Of a stretch of 64,000 nt of DNA, positions 1 through 13,644 are shown in pieces. Location: NCBI GenBank assembly GCA_030704615.1, contig CM060733.1:40920001-40984000 (forward strand). The letters are read 5' to 3'. Numbering within the stretch: the first letter of the stretch is position 1; every line of letters starts with the position of its first letter. The DNA comes from Takakia lepidozioides. Lineage: Eukaryota; Plantae; Bryophyta. Below the pieces are notes generated by a model. That model saw only the letters and a program-made list of their open reading frames with translations. It was not told where the DNA came from and did no database searches. A program made the position numbers and the translations under genes.

Positions 1-19
1 TTGACCATCTACTCATGCA

Positions 20-810
20 GGATTCTCGTAGCTATCAATCCTCATGGGATCACATGTACTCTTGTGCTTGAAATTCTGCCCTCTTGGGCGAATTTGGACA
101 TCCTTCCTCCTTCAGCTATCCCTGCCTCGGCACCAATAATGCATAGATCCTTTCCTTGCTGCTAGCAGCTGACAATGGCAGCCGTATATTCTCGGAAAAA
201 TGCCAATCCTACTTACCACACACTAGTTCCTGTGCTGAATTGCTCCCAAGACTTCGAAAATGTGTTGGGAGACAGGGTGATGTCATGCGATCTTGTTGTC
301 TGCTCTCTGTAACATAACAGGCATTGACCTTTTTACCTCAATTGCCCCACCATTGACTGCGGTTCGAATATTCCTTCCAAAGCTTCTCCTCACCATTTTT
401 GAATATTTGCCTGTTGCCACATTGGCAGTAACATGTGAAAACATTCAGGACCACCATAGATCCAGCCACTGAGCCAACTTACAAAACTCGACAAGGAAAG
501 TCGGGGTTGAATCTGATAGGAGGACAAAACAAGCTTAAAGGTGTTGAAGGAAAAGGCCGTCACCGGATTGTCCTTGACCTTGTGTTATGAGAGCAGCGGG
601 CTTTCCTTTCACGCAAGGAGGTTGAACCCGCCCTCAATCCAAATGACGTGTGTGTGCTGCTTATGTCCGTAGTCTGTGGGTTGGTCGTGAAAACCAACAC
701 AGTGCAGCTGAGCAGCCATAGGAAGCCCGTACCTTGCCATCGTGGTTGTCCCACCATTGTGAAGGATCCTTACAGCACTCCTGCCAGCACTGTTCCATAC
801 TCCGTTCATG
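20..810 (-). pseudogene. Degenerate OSB/PTAC9-type PDF-motif (ssDNA-binding repeat) gene fragments
   Basis: Minus-strand pieces QCWQECCKDPSQWWDNHDGK (~730-790), PTDYGHKQHTHVIWIEG (~620-690), EEKLWKEYSNRSQWWGN*GKK (~335-410) and RPRGQNFKHKSTCDPMRIDSYENPA*V (~20-100) resemble W..L..NP..WWDNR..K / PDFKHK.T.EALW...P.WV; in-frame stops present. Confidence 0.6.
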
Positions 811-2525
811 CCAGAAACTCAAAGAGCAGCACAGTTTGGCAAGTTTCTTTATTGAGGGCAAGTGTAAGCTTTCAACAACATGCATGCAAGCCACTCTGGG
901 CTCTATTGCATTCAATACAATGAGGGACATACAAACATGTCCAAAGTTACAGATGCCAAACAAGCTTTTGCATGACAAGGGCTGCCCCTCTGATCAGCCT
1001 CACCATTAACAGTGACGATTGAATCCAAGTCTCTTAAGCGAGGCATAATTCAGGCCACAGCTTTATACAAAGCGAAATCATCTGATGTAATGCTTCTCTC
1101 TGCCATACTACCTGAGCATGTGCATGAGTTTTTCTGTGACGAAGAGTATTGCACCCTTGCCTTCATTCAGGGAGAGCAGTTTTCTTCTGAAGACCAACAG
1201 GTATTTGATGCCATTGTTTTTGCAAAGAACCATGGATCTGTGTACAAAGAACTCAAGGCAGGAAACAAATCGTGGTATGCCCTGAATTTGGATAGCCTGA
1301 CTACAGCGATAGTTACGAGTGCTTGTGGCATATCCGAAATCTTGAATAAGCTTTGTTGTAATTTTGTGCGTGTCTCAGCTAAGAACCTCCTGGTATTCCT
1401 CTAGTGGAAGCAAATTGGAGAGGGATATCAACCATCTGTTCATCACTCGTAGTTTTCACTAGAATACAAGCATTTATGAGTCATGCATCATCTTTTTCTC
1501 TACAAGAGCAACTACTTTTGCAGCCAACCAAATTTAACAAGCTAACCTGGCTCAATATCACAACTGTGAGTCATGCTCACTTTCATCTTTTATGGGCTGA
1601 GGGCTTGGTATGCATGGCAGGTTTCCTTTTTTTCTCTCTCTCTCTCTCTCTTACTCTCCCTGTTGTTCCGCTCAAACTGGGCGAGGGGTCTATGGCCACA
1701 AGGCCATGGCAAACAACGTCTTATGAGTACATTCTCTCTCTTACTCTCTTCATGGACGTTGTAAAGCTTCTTCCTTTCTCTCCGCTTCGTCACTTATGGT
1801 ATTCAAATAGTAAAATTGGTTAAAGAGGAACGGTGCAAGACCCCAAATCAAACCTCATGAGAAACCTCCTTCATGAGCACCTTAGCAAAGCCAGAACCTT
1901 CAGCTTTGAGGACCAGAAGTGCTTGTCAGCTTAAATGCACGAAGCACTTCATCTTTGGGCGACATTTGGAGTTTGTAGATGTAGTGTTATTGTTATTCTA
2001 CTTTGTCCGATTGGCCTTTGGGCCTCCTTTATAGACTTCATAAAGTTTTTTTCATGCCTTTTCTTCTCTGTTTGTAGATTGACATTATTTTCCTCACTGA
2101 TTAAATGTTTGTTATTGGCAAGCCACTCTGACTAGCATGGATTAATTATATTGCACCAAATTGTGTTGCTGTTACACATGTCATTACCTTGTAGCCATGT
2201 ACCCCTTGGATGTCTCCCGATTGCATGACAGAAGTTGCTATAGCAACGACATCCCAATGGGTGTACTCTGAAGGGTCTTAAAACACGAATGTGACCATGG
2301 ATGTGTAATAGGTTTTGAATCATTACCATTGTGATGCTACACAAAGAGATTGACAGCAGCTGACTGTTATAGACTCCAGCATTAGCGTGGTTTGGACAGC
2401 TCTCTATGGCTGATGACCCTGTAAAGCATGCCAGCAGTATGGTCTAGAAAGATGTAAGAAGCATGAGTACAGAGTGCAATAATCTGTGTAACAAGCAAGC
2501 AGTGACGGGGAGCTTGGAAGGGCAG

Positions 2526-5500
2526 ATGGGTGTTCCATTTTGCACATTTGCGGCAGTTGCCTAGTCTGGCCCCTTACATTCCTACATCAAATCCTCAGCT
2601 GCGTGACACTGTTTATGAGGTAATTGTACCCTTCTCTCATTTTTGTGATGGAAGCTTGGTTAGATTCTCAGTGTATTTATGTCAGTCCATTGAGTGAGCC
2701 TTTTTCCATTCCATGAACACAACTGCCCATGCTGCCCACCAATGTCCGGTCTAAACGTTGGATTGAAAGACCAGCCTTAGTTTGGATTCAGGTGGCTGCC
2801 TCACAAGACCTGGTGGACCATGGTTTCACTTGCTCAGACTGCTTATTTTTGGCTTTAATTAGTACTGTTTCAAGGAGTTTGCCTATATTTTTGCAGGTTT
2901 TCTGGTCTGAATTGGGGAGTGACTTGACCTTGTTCCCCAGAGGGTTTTATGGAGATGAATACAGGTAGTGGAGGTGGATGGATGTAACATGTGGAGGGAA
3001 TATGCAGGTCGTGTTAAATGCACTGGTGACAAATCCAGTGTATCATGAGCAGTTGCTATCTACAATTCAGACATGGCCGTCTAATATCTATTCCGTTCCT
3101 ACTATCATTTCAGCCATTCAACTGCAGCTCAGCACAGGGTCCAAGTCTCTCATCTTGAAAGAGGTTAGTGCAAGAGCGTTGGTGTGTGAGGCCACCTCTG
3201 GCTTGTCTGGGTTTGCTGGGAAAATTTTGGAATTTATCGTCAAAGGTTTACCCGTCTTTGGTATCTTCCAATCAGTTTTCAGTTTGAATCATGTGGTGAC
3301 TATTATGGCCACAACCCTGCACCAAGCTAATTTTTTAGTTTTTGTTGGTCTGAAACTGTAAAGTGGAGTTTTGTGAACTGTTCAGGCACTAGCTAAACTG
3401 TACGTGGTGAACAAGCAGTATGACAAGGCTCTTGCCATTTTTGTAGAGGTATGGATTCCATTATCCACTTCAGTAATTTGTTCCTTGCTGTCTCTCAGAG
3501 GACATAATATGCCATTAGTGCACCCAACATATCTAAGAACCTTTTGTGGCTTTCTTTGTCTCATTATTGCTTGTCTTCTAATTAGACTGGCTTCTTGTTT
3601 CATGCATTGTGCAGTGGAGGGCCATCTAAACCTTGTTTGTGGTTGGATTCCTTGTGTCTGGAGAGGACAGCTACAAAAGCCGGATGTGTTTGACTTCATC
3701 CAAGAGCACAATCTACTGACATCTATACATGACAAGGTGCGTGTCTCCATACCTCTCTTCTTACACCTTGTTTGTCAAAAAATAGTGTTGGCTGTCGTGT
3801 ACCTGCTAAAAGATTGAGCTTGGGATTTCTGAACCTGTTCTGGGGGTGGGCGGGGTTTGACTTGGGTAGGTGGTTCAGCTGATGAGACTGGATGGTAAGC
3901 GGGCAGTAACATTGCTGGTACAACAGAGCAACAAGATTGGGGCAGCAGAAGTGGTGGCACAGTTGCAGACTGCTGCCGGTTCAGATGACAAATACAGGCA
4001 ACTCCTACACTTGTATCTTCATGGCTTGTTTGAAAAGGACCCGAACGCTGGCAAAGACTATCATGGCTTGCAGGTTCTTTCTAACTTGTTCTCCAAAAAG
4101 CTATACATGGTGTGGTAGTTACGTAGGTAGATCGTTGTGATGTATATGCTATGAGAGTAGGCAACAACAATGCCATGAGATACGCAGTTACTCAGAGTGA
4201 TGAGAATTGAAGACCCTTTCTACAGAGCTGCCAATGTACACTTATTATGCAGTGTTCTGTTCTCTTTATGGGGAGAGAGAAATGTACTCTTCAGAGTTTG
4301 TCATAGTTGGTGACGGGATTAATGTTGGCTACATTTTGGAAATTTGTTGCAGGTGGAACTATATGCAGACTATGAACCAAGACTGCTTCTTCCATTTTTA
4401 CGCAGTAGCCATCACTATTCTCTGGACCAGGTTACACCCGACTCGGTTTATTGGAGTTATTACATTCCTGCATGTGACATCTAGAGCTTTATGAATGAGT
4501 GGATTTGAAAAGATGGCTGTTCTCTTGTCCATCTCAGAACAACATAAGTTGGTCTATTCAATTTGAACAGTCATAGACCCTCTGCAGAAATGTGCATGTG
4601 CCTCGCATTTTCTGTGCTATTTGACCTTTTGGCTACAAATGGGCTCTTGACCATGTTTAATCTCTTAGTGTGGTGGTATGCAGGCTTATGAGGTTTGCAC
4701 CAAAAGGGGTTTGACAAGAGAGAGGGTTTTTATTCTGGGACGGATGGGCAACAGTAGAGAGGCACTGGCTGTCATCATTAACGAATTGCAGGACATGGAG
4801 CAGGTATGGATTGCTGTGATTAAAAGCCTTTGACTCCACTCAGTGTTGTTTGACATTTGCTTATCAACCCTCAAAGAAGATTGTATTTTGCAGCTGGCAG
4901 TGGCAATCTGGCTGTGCTTTACTTGGTGGAGTGACCTCAGTGGTGTTCATTACATTACAAACGAAGGGTTCTTGCAGATAAGCAGTGTAACACATGGGTA
5001 AGTTTGGCAGGCAATAAGCTTTGTGAATGCACAAGCTGACGAGGAGCTGTGGGAGGAACTCATCAACCAAAGCTTGCACAAGCCAGAAATGGTATTGTCT
5101 TGAATCATGTTCGTTGAGGGCTTTGCTGTTTCTTGACCTTAGTATCTCCCCATGATATATAGATCCTTTTTGAGTTTCATGCACTTCAAAGGTTTTGAAG
5201 CAACATTCAAGATCCCTCTCTATGTAATTGTGCATTTGTGACAAGCCAGTTATTTGCATTTGGCCTGGTCAGCCACCCAACCCCTATATTGGTAGTGAGA
5301 ACTGCATGTGGAGACTCCATATTGCAGCTCAGAAGTGAAGTCTGTAGAGAGGAATATAGAAAGACACCTTAAGTGTTTTGTTTTGAAATGACCATATCTT
5401 AGATGCCCGGAATCAGTGAGAAAAGCCTACAGATGTCCTATAGTGCTAAATCCATTTTGATTTGTGTCAATCGTGGCATTGATCATTTTGCACCAATTTG

Positions 5501-6571
5501 GCGAGCTTGTCAGCGTGACTGAAGTTTTAAATTGCAGGTGGGCTCATTGCTGGAACACACAGTTGGGCACATCGATCCCCTACATCTTGTCAACAAAGTT
5601 CCTGTTGGGATGCCCATTCCACAGTACGTCTCTCCTTGTACTCTGAAGAGGTTTATGGCATTACACACATGTGCTTTCAAGCTGCAAAAGCAAACGTCTC
5701 ATAATATTTGGTTCAGGGTGCATGACTTTGTGAGGCTAATGAGGAAATGTCTTGTTGTTGTTGCAGTTTGCGTAATCGTTTGGTCAAAATTATAACTGAT
5801 TATAGGACAGAGACTTCACTCCGGCTTGGGTGCAAGGAAATTCTCAAGGTGGTAGGCCTGCCACCACTTTTGTCGATTTGTCCTTGGATACCTTCAACAT
5901 CTGTAGGCTTATCTTGCAGCTCACATCTTACTGCAGGGTTCTTTTTACCATTTTGGCCTTCGTATACCTTTTTGAACTGCGTCTTTGGTCCGAGATTTGT
6001 GATCACATCTTTGACTTGTGGAAAAAATCAACAGGCGGATTGTGTAGACTTGCTGGTCCGCTACTACGACGAGGCCCGCCATGCCATTCGTGTAGGTGGT
6101 GCTGCTGTTGATACCAATGAGCGCGACCAATCTGGTGCCAATGGAGGTGAAATCTTATCAAGTGATATAGCAGGCACAAGCAGAGGGGTGGTGAAGAGTG
6201 GGAGGATGCCCCCCAACATTGGTGGGAGTGGACGATGTTGTATTTGTCTAGATTCTGTGGCATTGCAAAATGTTGCAGTGGTAGCCTTCTTCTGCTCACA
6301 TGCCTACCATGAAACGTGCCTTAATGACACACCAGGGATCTCGAGTTCTAGACAAGAGTCCACTGTGAGAAGAGTGGAGGGGATTATGCTTGACAACACA
6401 TCCAGCTTGACAGAAAATGGTGGGGATAATTCGGGTGCAGCACCCATGCGTTGCATTTTATGTACCACCGCAGCTTCGGCCAAACAAAGGCCTGAAGCCA
6501 ACAGTAATGGTAGAAAGTCTGTGACTAACAGAACAAGCTCTGGTTGGAGCTTGTCTGGAGAAGTTACATAG
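2526..6571 (+). CDS. VPS41: Vacuolar protein sorting 41 (HOPS subunit), 3' part; exons 2526-2619, 3008-3163, 3386-3448, 3671-3736, 3870-4073, 4353-4430, 4684-4803, 5011-5091, 5538-5623, 5767-5848, 6035-6571
   Basis: GT-AG exons splice in frame to WVFHFAHLRQLPSLAPYIP...VELYADYEPRLLLPFLRSS...RVFILGRMGN...LLEHTVGHIDP...RLVKIITDYRTETSLR and a C-terminal RING-H2 (CCICLD..FFCSHAYHETC); the 5' exons lie outside the window. Confidence 0.95.
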
Positions 6572-7049
6572 GTAATAATGGTCACCAGTCATTCCCAAGT
6601 GGTATTTCGACTGGTTTTTCTCTACTTCAACTTTTGGCTTGCAATCTTTGTAACAGCTTGTAACTTATGCCAATGATTTCATAGAGGAAAAACTATGGGT
6701 TTGACTTTGAACTACGTGGTGGATAGGACTGCATCAGCATTCAGGCGTGGGCTGAATGTGAGCAGAACAGATATGACTCGGCATCACCTTACCATAAAAC
6801 CTTCAGCTGTGTGGCACCTGAGGTCAGAGCATGTGCATCCTCTTTCCAAGTAGACCAACAATAACTAAGCGCCATATTGTAGCATCTCTGGAGATCTTGA
6901 TTTATCTGGGCACTATCTGGAATGACCTTGTCGGCATCCCACTTTCTTGCCCTTGTCTTGTGATAGACTCCAACAAGGCATGGATTAAAATGGTTCCAGA
7001 CAACTATGTGACACATCTGAGGCCTATATGGGGGTTTAAGATTCCCTCT

Positions 7050-7950
7050 CCCCCCAACAAAATCCTCGGTGCCATGTGCTTGACAGCTCCGAGGACTGTA
7101 ATGCATTAGTGTGTGGGGTCCTTGGGAATTTGTAGAATACAATGACCGATTTGAGCAAAACAGTGTAATCAGACCTTCTGCTCACAATTTTGATGGTTAG
7201 AAGTGCTGGGGTGGGCTGCCCGAGCTGAGAAGAGTGGAAGGCCCATGGACGACCTTCCCCAACGTGAAAACCTGACCTCAATTCGAACAGCACACCTTGC
7301 ATGTTGAACGCAGAAACCTCAAACCTCATCGGCAGTGGCCCTAATTTCGCCATGTAATCCACCTGCAAAACCTACCGCATAAGCCATAGAAGCTCTGTAA
7401 GGTACCTGGAAATGAAACAGAGGTTCTGGCAAGGATGGCATAAGCCAGAGAAGGATATTGTTGAGACAAGGGGATGAGGATGAATGGCAGGGGACAACGG
7501 TTCACCCCATACTGAGTCCTAGTTGCTCGGGTGCTATTTCTCCAATGATTCTGAGTGAAAGCCAATCTCGCTCCCCTGTCAATTGGGTCTCAGCAACCCA
7601 CACTTCAAACATTGCTGAAGAGAAACTTGGTGGCACAGCTCACCCTCTACGGACTCCCTGCGGAGATGATGAAGTACCTCTCTCTCTCTCTCACACACAC
7701 ACACACATTGGCATATGGAGCATGTTATTTACCCTGAAGCAAAAGCTGCCGCCAAAAGTATGGGTGGCAATTCCCACCATAGCTCAACCCTTCTCTCCAG
7801 CAACCTCTTCAGACACTTGTCAATCTCCACTCTTGTCTCACCCGAAACTGGCCAACACTCCTTGCCCTCCAGATGCTCACCATTACTTTGCCAAATTCCA
7901 TGGGCCATATAAGATTGTCCTTGAGAGAGCTGGATATGCAACAGCCGGCT
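7050..7950 (-). pseudogene. FANCF: FANCF-like 3' remnant (copy 1), tail-to-tail with VPS41, lacking the 5' exons
   Basis: 7650-7950 closely matches 37940-38262 (EIDKCLKRLLERRVELWWELPPILLAAAFASG); further exon-like pieces at ~7610-7500 and ~7360-7200. Confidence 0.55.
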
Positions 7951-9110
7951 GGGCTAAATGAAACATGTACTCATTGACTGATCCCTGCAAATACTTAAAG
8001 ATGTAATCCCCACAGGATACCAAACCCTTCTGGACCTCACTCTGGCCTCTATGCAAGAGAAGAAAATTTATCACGTCCAGAATGACCAAATTGAAGTCCT
8101 ACAGAGATGTCCAAATCAAAACTCAAGGCAGAGAGAAGAAGAAGAAGAAGAATATTATTCTCAAAGGGCCTATTCGAAGCCAGAATTTGGAGAAGGTGCC
8201 TCTGCCAAAAATTGGCTTCCTCGGCATTTAGCGGTTGAAAGAAAATTTCTTTACATAACCCGCAATGTCATGCAGATCTTCAGTCCTACATCATCTTAGG
8301 AGTCAATTGTGAGGGATGCCCAATCACCTCGATGCTGCCGTTTGCAAGTCGATAACAGACCTGCACGTAGCCTCCCTACAAGAACAACAAACAAAGTACG
8401 TCATTTACTGCATTCCTAAACTCCTAGCCCATGCTCTTTGGAATGCAAGTAGCAGTTACAAAGAGAAAGCTAGACCAAAAAGATGCAAGAAGTTAAATTA
8501 CCGGCATAAATAGGAGCCCGTGCATAGCTTTCGCGCTTCTTGGGGTCACAAAACCTCAAAGTATGTTTGCTATATCAATAGAAAATCTGTGCCTCATGGC
8601 AGAGCCCAATCATCAACCCATAGAATGAGTGCTCTTTTTGCATTACCTAGACAGAAACCTTCACTTGGAAAGCATGCAAGGCCGAAAGAACATAACTAAA
8701 AGCCTGATTGAACAAATTACAATCACCCTAAAGGCCGGGCCACATTTGAAAAAACTTAGGTGCATTATAATATGTGACTTCTACAATTCTGATGAAGTTT
8801 GTTTTAAAAGAAAAGATGTGCGGAATGATGACTAGAAATTATCTGCCCGGCCAGAAAATTTGAAAACATTTTAGGCTTTTGTCAAATGAATTCAATTTAG
8901 CATTTTGCCTTTGAAAATTCACCAAAATACAATTTATATCTTTAGTACTTGAATGTTTTTGTGATTGGTTGAAATTATAAGTTGCATCCATGAAAAGAGA
9001 AGTGCATCAAGTATATTACACAGAACAGCATTGGTTTTCCCAAATAGAACGTTTTCTAATACTACAAAAATGTAGGCTATTTTTTTCTATATAATATAAG
9101 ATTGGCCATA

Positions 9111-9151
9111 TTAACCCCTAAAGGACAACGCGACCTGATTCGGGTCGCGTC
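9111..9151 (+). mobile_element. Possible piggyBac-like terminus with hairpin
   Basis: TTAA-CCCCTAAAGGAC followed by the stem-loop ACGCGACCTG-ATT-CGGGTCGCGT; no partner end found. Confidence 0.25.
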
Positions 9152-11484
9152 AGATTACTTGCCACGCTCCAATTCCCATGGATGATATTGGATGGAAGTG
9201 AACCTTGAAGATGAATTGTACATGTCAGAGAGGAGCACACGTGGGAATTTATAACGCCAAAAAATCATAAAAGCTTTGCTCCCTAGAATTTTGCAAAGTG
9301 CCAGGGTTTCATGAAATCCACTGTTAGAGCACCATTGACCTGCCGACGTGGCAGCCAAATGGACAATCTTCAAGATAACATCTAGGGCTGAAAATTTATC
9401 ATAATGCCAAAAAAATTGGACAAGGCACCATGAAATGTTACTGTGCACTTACTTACCAGAGGAATTGGAAAACAAATGTCACCTCATGGGTGTACTTGGG
9501 AAAGAAGCCAAAACAAGATTTCTTACCCCCCAGATTTCACATACAAAGCAGCCCCCATATTTTTGGCATTGATGACCTGTTGGTTGCCCCTTATCAGGAT
9601 TCTGGAGGCCATTTCTTCAAGAAAAAATGTAAAATCACCAAACTTGCATGGTCAAAGCAATTTTTCCTCTCTTTTTTTGTTCATGGTTTCAACTTGTTCA
9701 ATTTTCTTTTTTTATAATCTACTAAATGGAACGGTCAAAAGTGCTACAATTTTCTAAGGACCTTCATGTTGTAGGTAGGGATGAAAGGATTTTCTGTGGA
9801 GTCTTGGCGATGTGGTGTTACATCATGTGGTGGTAAAGGATTCTTCACGGGAGGACGGAGCTCCGCTCTCCCGCTCTACTCTCTGCTAAATCTCTTGCTA
9901 ACCGTTATTCTGTAGGGTTCTACTATCCTCCCCCCATCCATAATGTTTTTTTACTACCCCCGCTGGCGGCTCCTCCTGTTTAGTACTCACTACCTGCTGT
10001 AGCCAAGCCCGCCGCCATGACTCCCACTCGAGCTCTCTCATCTGCTGCTTGTTACTAGAGCTTACTACAGCTTGACTTGGCCCTCTCTCTGCCTGTACGT
10101 GTTCTTATTGCGTTTCTCCTCACTGTTTTATAGCCCCATTTCATTTTGCCTCCCCACTTTAGACACTTTTGTCTTCAGGCTTCACCAGTGTGACTTAGTT
10201 CGCTTATAATGCAGATGTTGCGTTCTTGCTGTGTTTTGCTATGGCCGCCGCCATGGCGAGGGCCTCTGTTCGGAGCGGTGCAGTGCTGCGATCCTATCGT
10301 GTTGATCTCTGGCTCTTCCATGTTTTCTACTGCCTCTTTCTTACGCTACTTTTAGACTCTTTCCAAGATGTGTGTGGCCATCCACATGAGCTGCTGTCGA
10401 TTCCAACTACATGAGGCGACTACGAACGCCGCGACCCTCAACTCCCTGTTGCCCTAGTTCAACATGGTGCATTGGCAATATCCAACACAACAGTCATTGG
10501 AGGCTGTTACACAACAAGGGCTGCAAACTTCGAGTATTGCAAACTGCAAACATACAGTGTTTCTTACAACCCAACTACTTGCATTACGATCTGATTATCT
10601 GCTTCTTACGACATCATACGACTGTTGCTTCTGTGATTGAGGGTTCTGTTTTTTGTTGCGGCTGGTGGTTTTCGCAATGGCCTTCTCTGCCTCATAGTGA
10701 CGCCTGCTCTTCGTTTATATTGGTGCACAAGCTATCTCCTCATTTCCTACTTTTACAATTGGAGGAAGTTGCAGCCCGTCCTGACCTTGGTCTGAAGAAG
10801 CCGACTAGACGATTCTAGAGATTTTGCTGTTCTTTTTGGAAAAAATTCAACAAGGGCAACTGGTCTCGCTCTTCTCAACCTGTTCGAGATGTCCCGCGCT
10901 CTACTACAACGAAGTTAATCATTTCAACAGTTTCAAGTTGACAAATTTTCAAGCTGCAGTGCAATGCACTAAAACAAGAGCACCAAATCTCATTCTAATT
11001 TCTGGTGAACGTGTTGAAGGAGACATTGTTAGAGAGTGACCTGCACTGCGTAGCTGCAGCTAGATTATAAGAATTTGGGAGGATTGGGTGGTGAAGCACA
11101 AATGTGAAGAGTCACACTCCGAAGCCCTGAGCTCAGTGGGTCACGGTGTAATCACGAGACACAACAGGTACAAATAGTGCAGCTCTATAAATTAGCTTCT
11201 GAATTTCATGCACAGTATTGTTTGAAGCTTAGCTCAAGAATGGGACTTCCTTTTCTGCACTTGATGATAACTTAGCTTTGTAGAGGAAGTGGATCTGGAA
11301 TTTGGCCACAAGCCATTTAGTTTCTACTCTACTCAAGCTACAAGTCTTCATTCGATATAGCATATGGCAGGAAGAACTACAAGAATTGGTCCGCCTATTT
11401 GCAACGTTTGAGAAGCAACACCATGGTGAGTGCATACGTGCATACCTGTGTAGATACTTGTGTCATACCTTGGTTAGCACCAGT

Positions 11485-12797
11485 GAGGGTTACATGGGGA
11501 TGAGGGTGACACTCTGCGGTGTCACAGAGGGTTTGTGTGGGTTACGGAGGGTTACATGGTGGCGAGGGTGACACTCTGCGGTGTTACAGAGGGTTACATC
11601 GTGGTAAGGGTTACACCTGGTGAGGGATATAGAGGGTCACAGAGGGTTACCTGGGTTACAGAGGGTTACATGGTGGTGAGGGTTACAGAGGGTCAGAGAG
11701 GGTTACATGGAATGAGGGTTACATAGGGGTGAGGGTGACACTCTGTGGTGTTACAGAGGGTTACATGGTGGTGAGGGTTACAAAGGGTCATAGAGGTTTA
11801 CATGGGTTACTGAGGGTTACATGGAGTGAGGGTTACATAAGGGGTGAGGGCGACACTCTACGGTGTTACAGAGGGTTACATGGGTTACAGAGCCACAAAG
11901 GGTTTGTGAGGGTTACATGGAGTGAGGGTTACATGGGATGAGGGTGACACTCTGCGGTGTCATAGAGGGTTTGTGAGGGTTACGAAGGGTTACATGGTGG
12001 CGAGGGTGACACTCTGCGGTGTTACAGAGGGTTACATGGTGGTAAGGGTTACACCTGGTGAGGGATATAGAGGGTCACAGAGGGTTACATGGGTTACAGA
12101 GGGTTACATGGTGGTGAGGGTTACAGAGGGTCAGAGAGGGTTACATGGAGTGAGGGTTACATACGGGTGAGGGTGACACTCTGCGGTGTTACAGAGGGTT
12201 ACATGGTGGTGAGGGTTACAAAGGGTCACAGAGGGTTACATGGGTTACAGAGGGTCACAAAGGGTTACATGGGTTACAAAGGGTTATAGAGGGTTACATG
12301 GAGTGAGGGTTACACTCTGCGGTGTTACAGAGGGTTACATGGGTTACAGAGGGTTACATAGGGTTACATGGGTTGCAAAGTGTTACAGAGGGTTACATAG
12401 GGGTGGGGGTGACACTCTGCGGTGTTATAGAGGGTTACATGGGTTACAGAGGGTTACATGGTGGTGAGGGTTACAGAGGGTCATGGGGTTATATGGGTTA
12501 CAGAGGGTTACATGGTGGTGTGGGTTACACTCGGCGGAGTTACAGAGGGTTACATGGGGGTGATGGTTGAACCCGGGGCGGGGGTTACAGGGAACTGGCG
12601 GACTGCTGGAAGCGGCGGACTGGTGTCGCAGAACGACGACGCCGATGGGATGAGGGCGGGGGTGGGGAGGGATTGACCGAGCCCAGCCGGCTGCCTTTCG
12701 ATGTCTGCCGGAGGCGAAGAACCGGCGGTACGGGTGCCAGGGCTCGACCATCCTGACGCGCTTGCATTAAGTTCTTACATTATTCCTATTATCTTCC
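11485..12797. repeat. Inverted (flipped) left TIR of the MULE: GGGTTACA array plus ~215 bp unique terminus
   Basis: Ends ...GCATTAAGTTCTTACATTATTCCTATTATCTTCC, identical to the end at 36130; flank 12798-12806 reverse-complements to ATTCGGGCC, versus ATTCAGGCC at 36131-36139. Confidence 0.9.
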
Positions 12798-12870
12798 GGC
12801 CCGAATTGTGGGCTGTCGCTCCCAGGTTTTCGTTTTGTAAAAAAAAAAAAAAAAAAAAAACCTGAGATGG
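12798..12870 (+). mobile_element. 3' tail of the split tRNA-derived SINE (poly-A plus TSD)
   Basis: A-run ending ~12860; AACCTGAGATGG (12859-12870) is the reverse complement of CCATCTCAGGTT (36319-36330), which flanks the SINE head. Confidence 0.8.
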
Positions 12871-13414
12871 GATTTTCAAGAACATGATCAACATTGGGGA
12901 GAAAGAATAATAACTTTGATCTAGGGCATTTTTTTCATGTTTCTTGTTTTCTTAAAAACTAAGGGCATGAAGCCATTTAGTTTATTAAAGGGAAAAAATA
13001 AACCCATTTGCACCATGAGGTGGAATAACACATCCGGAGGATGAGGGACGAGCCCAGACCGATGCATGTTTTGGAAAGTAATAAATTAAAAGTAAAAGAG
13101 AAAAAAATAAAAATAAAAATAAATTGGCGAAATAAAATATTATAGTGGATTTTTATTAAAAACAAAACCTACATATGATGGCACGTCCAAACTCGACGAG
13201 TTGTTCAAATTGTTTTTTTGGCCAACTTTCTTTGGAGCATTCGGCCTGTTGGGCACACAAGCAACGAATAAGAAGGATGAGGAAGAAGAAGAAGAAGAAG
13301 AAGGGTCGACCCCTAAACAATATCAAATGTGTCCTACAGAAAGGCTAGCACTAGTTTCCACTAAAAAATATCAAATGTGTCCTACAGAAACCTAGAACTA
13401 GTTTCTACTAAGCT

Positions 13415-13558
13415 TTAAAAAGTTGGTGCTCGTGCCCTCATGCCGTGGTGGTAGTACGTCTTGTTGTTGCGCTGTGTGCACATGTGGTCCCCTCCATTAA
13501 GCTCCTCTTTCCTCACCTTGTTTGGGGTAAGTTTCAATAGTTCCAGTGGAGTTCTCAT
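13415..13558 (-). pseudogene. LRAT/NC-domain gene, N-terminal remnant
   Basis: MRTPLELLKLTPNKVRKEELNGGDHMCTQRNNKTYYHHGM resembles the plant NC-domain GDHI...YxHHGI motif; paralogous to 48230-48340. Confidence 0.6.
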
Positions 13559-13644
13559 CTCGACGCCTTGTAATGTGGGCGCACCGGCGCACTACAAGGA
13601 TTGGGGTCTGTTGCAAATTACAGAGCATCGTGGTGAGTGCTAAC

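Noticed and set aside
1012-1823. 130- and 139-aa + strand ORFs
   Set aside because: No recognisable domain; non-ATG starts in probable intron sequence
5747-6034. 274-aa ORF as a standalone RING gene
   Set aside because: It is read-through of the last VPS41 intron
9767-10930. Solo LTR starting TGTTG
   Set aside because: No matching CA end with a TSD found
11302-12767. RVT/GYRG/VTEG-repeat ORFs here and at 14198-15107 and 35366-36100
   Set aside because: Translation artefacts of the octamer array
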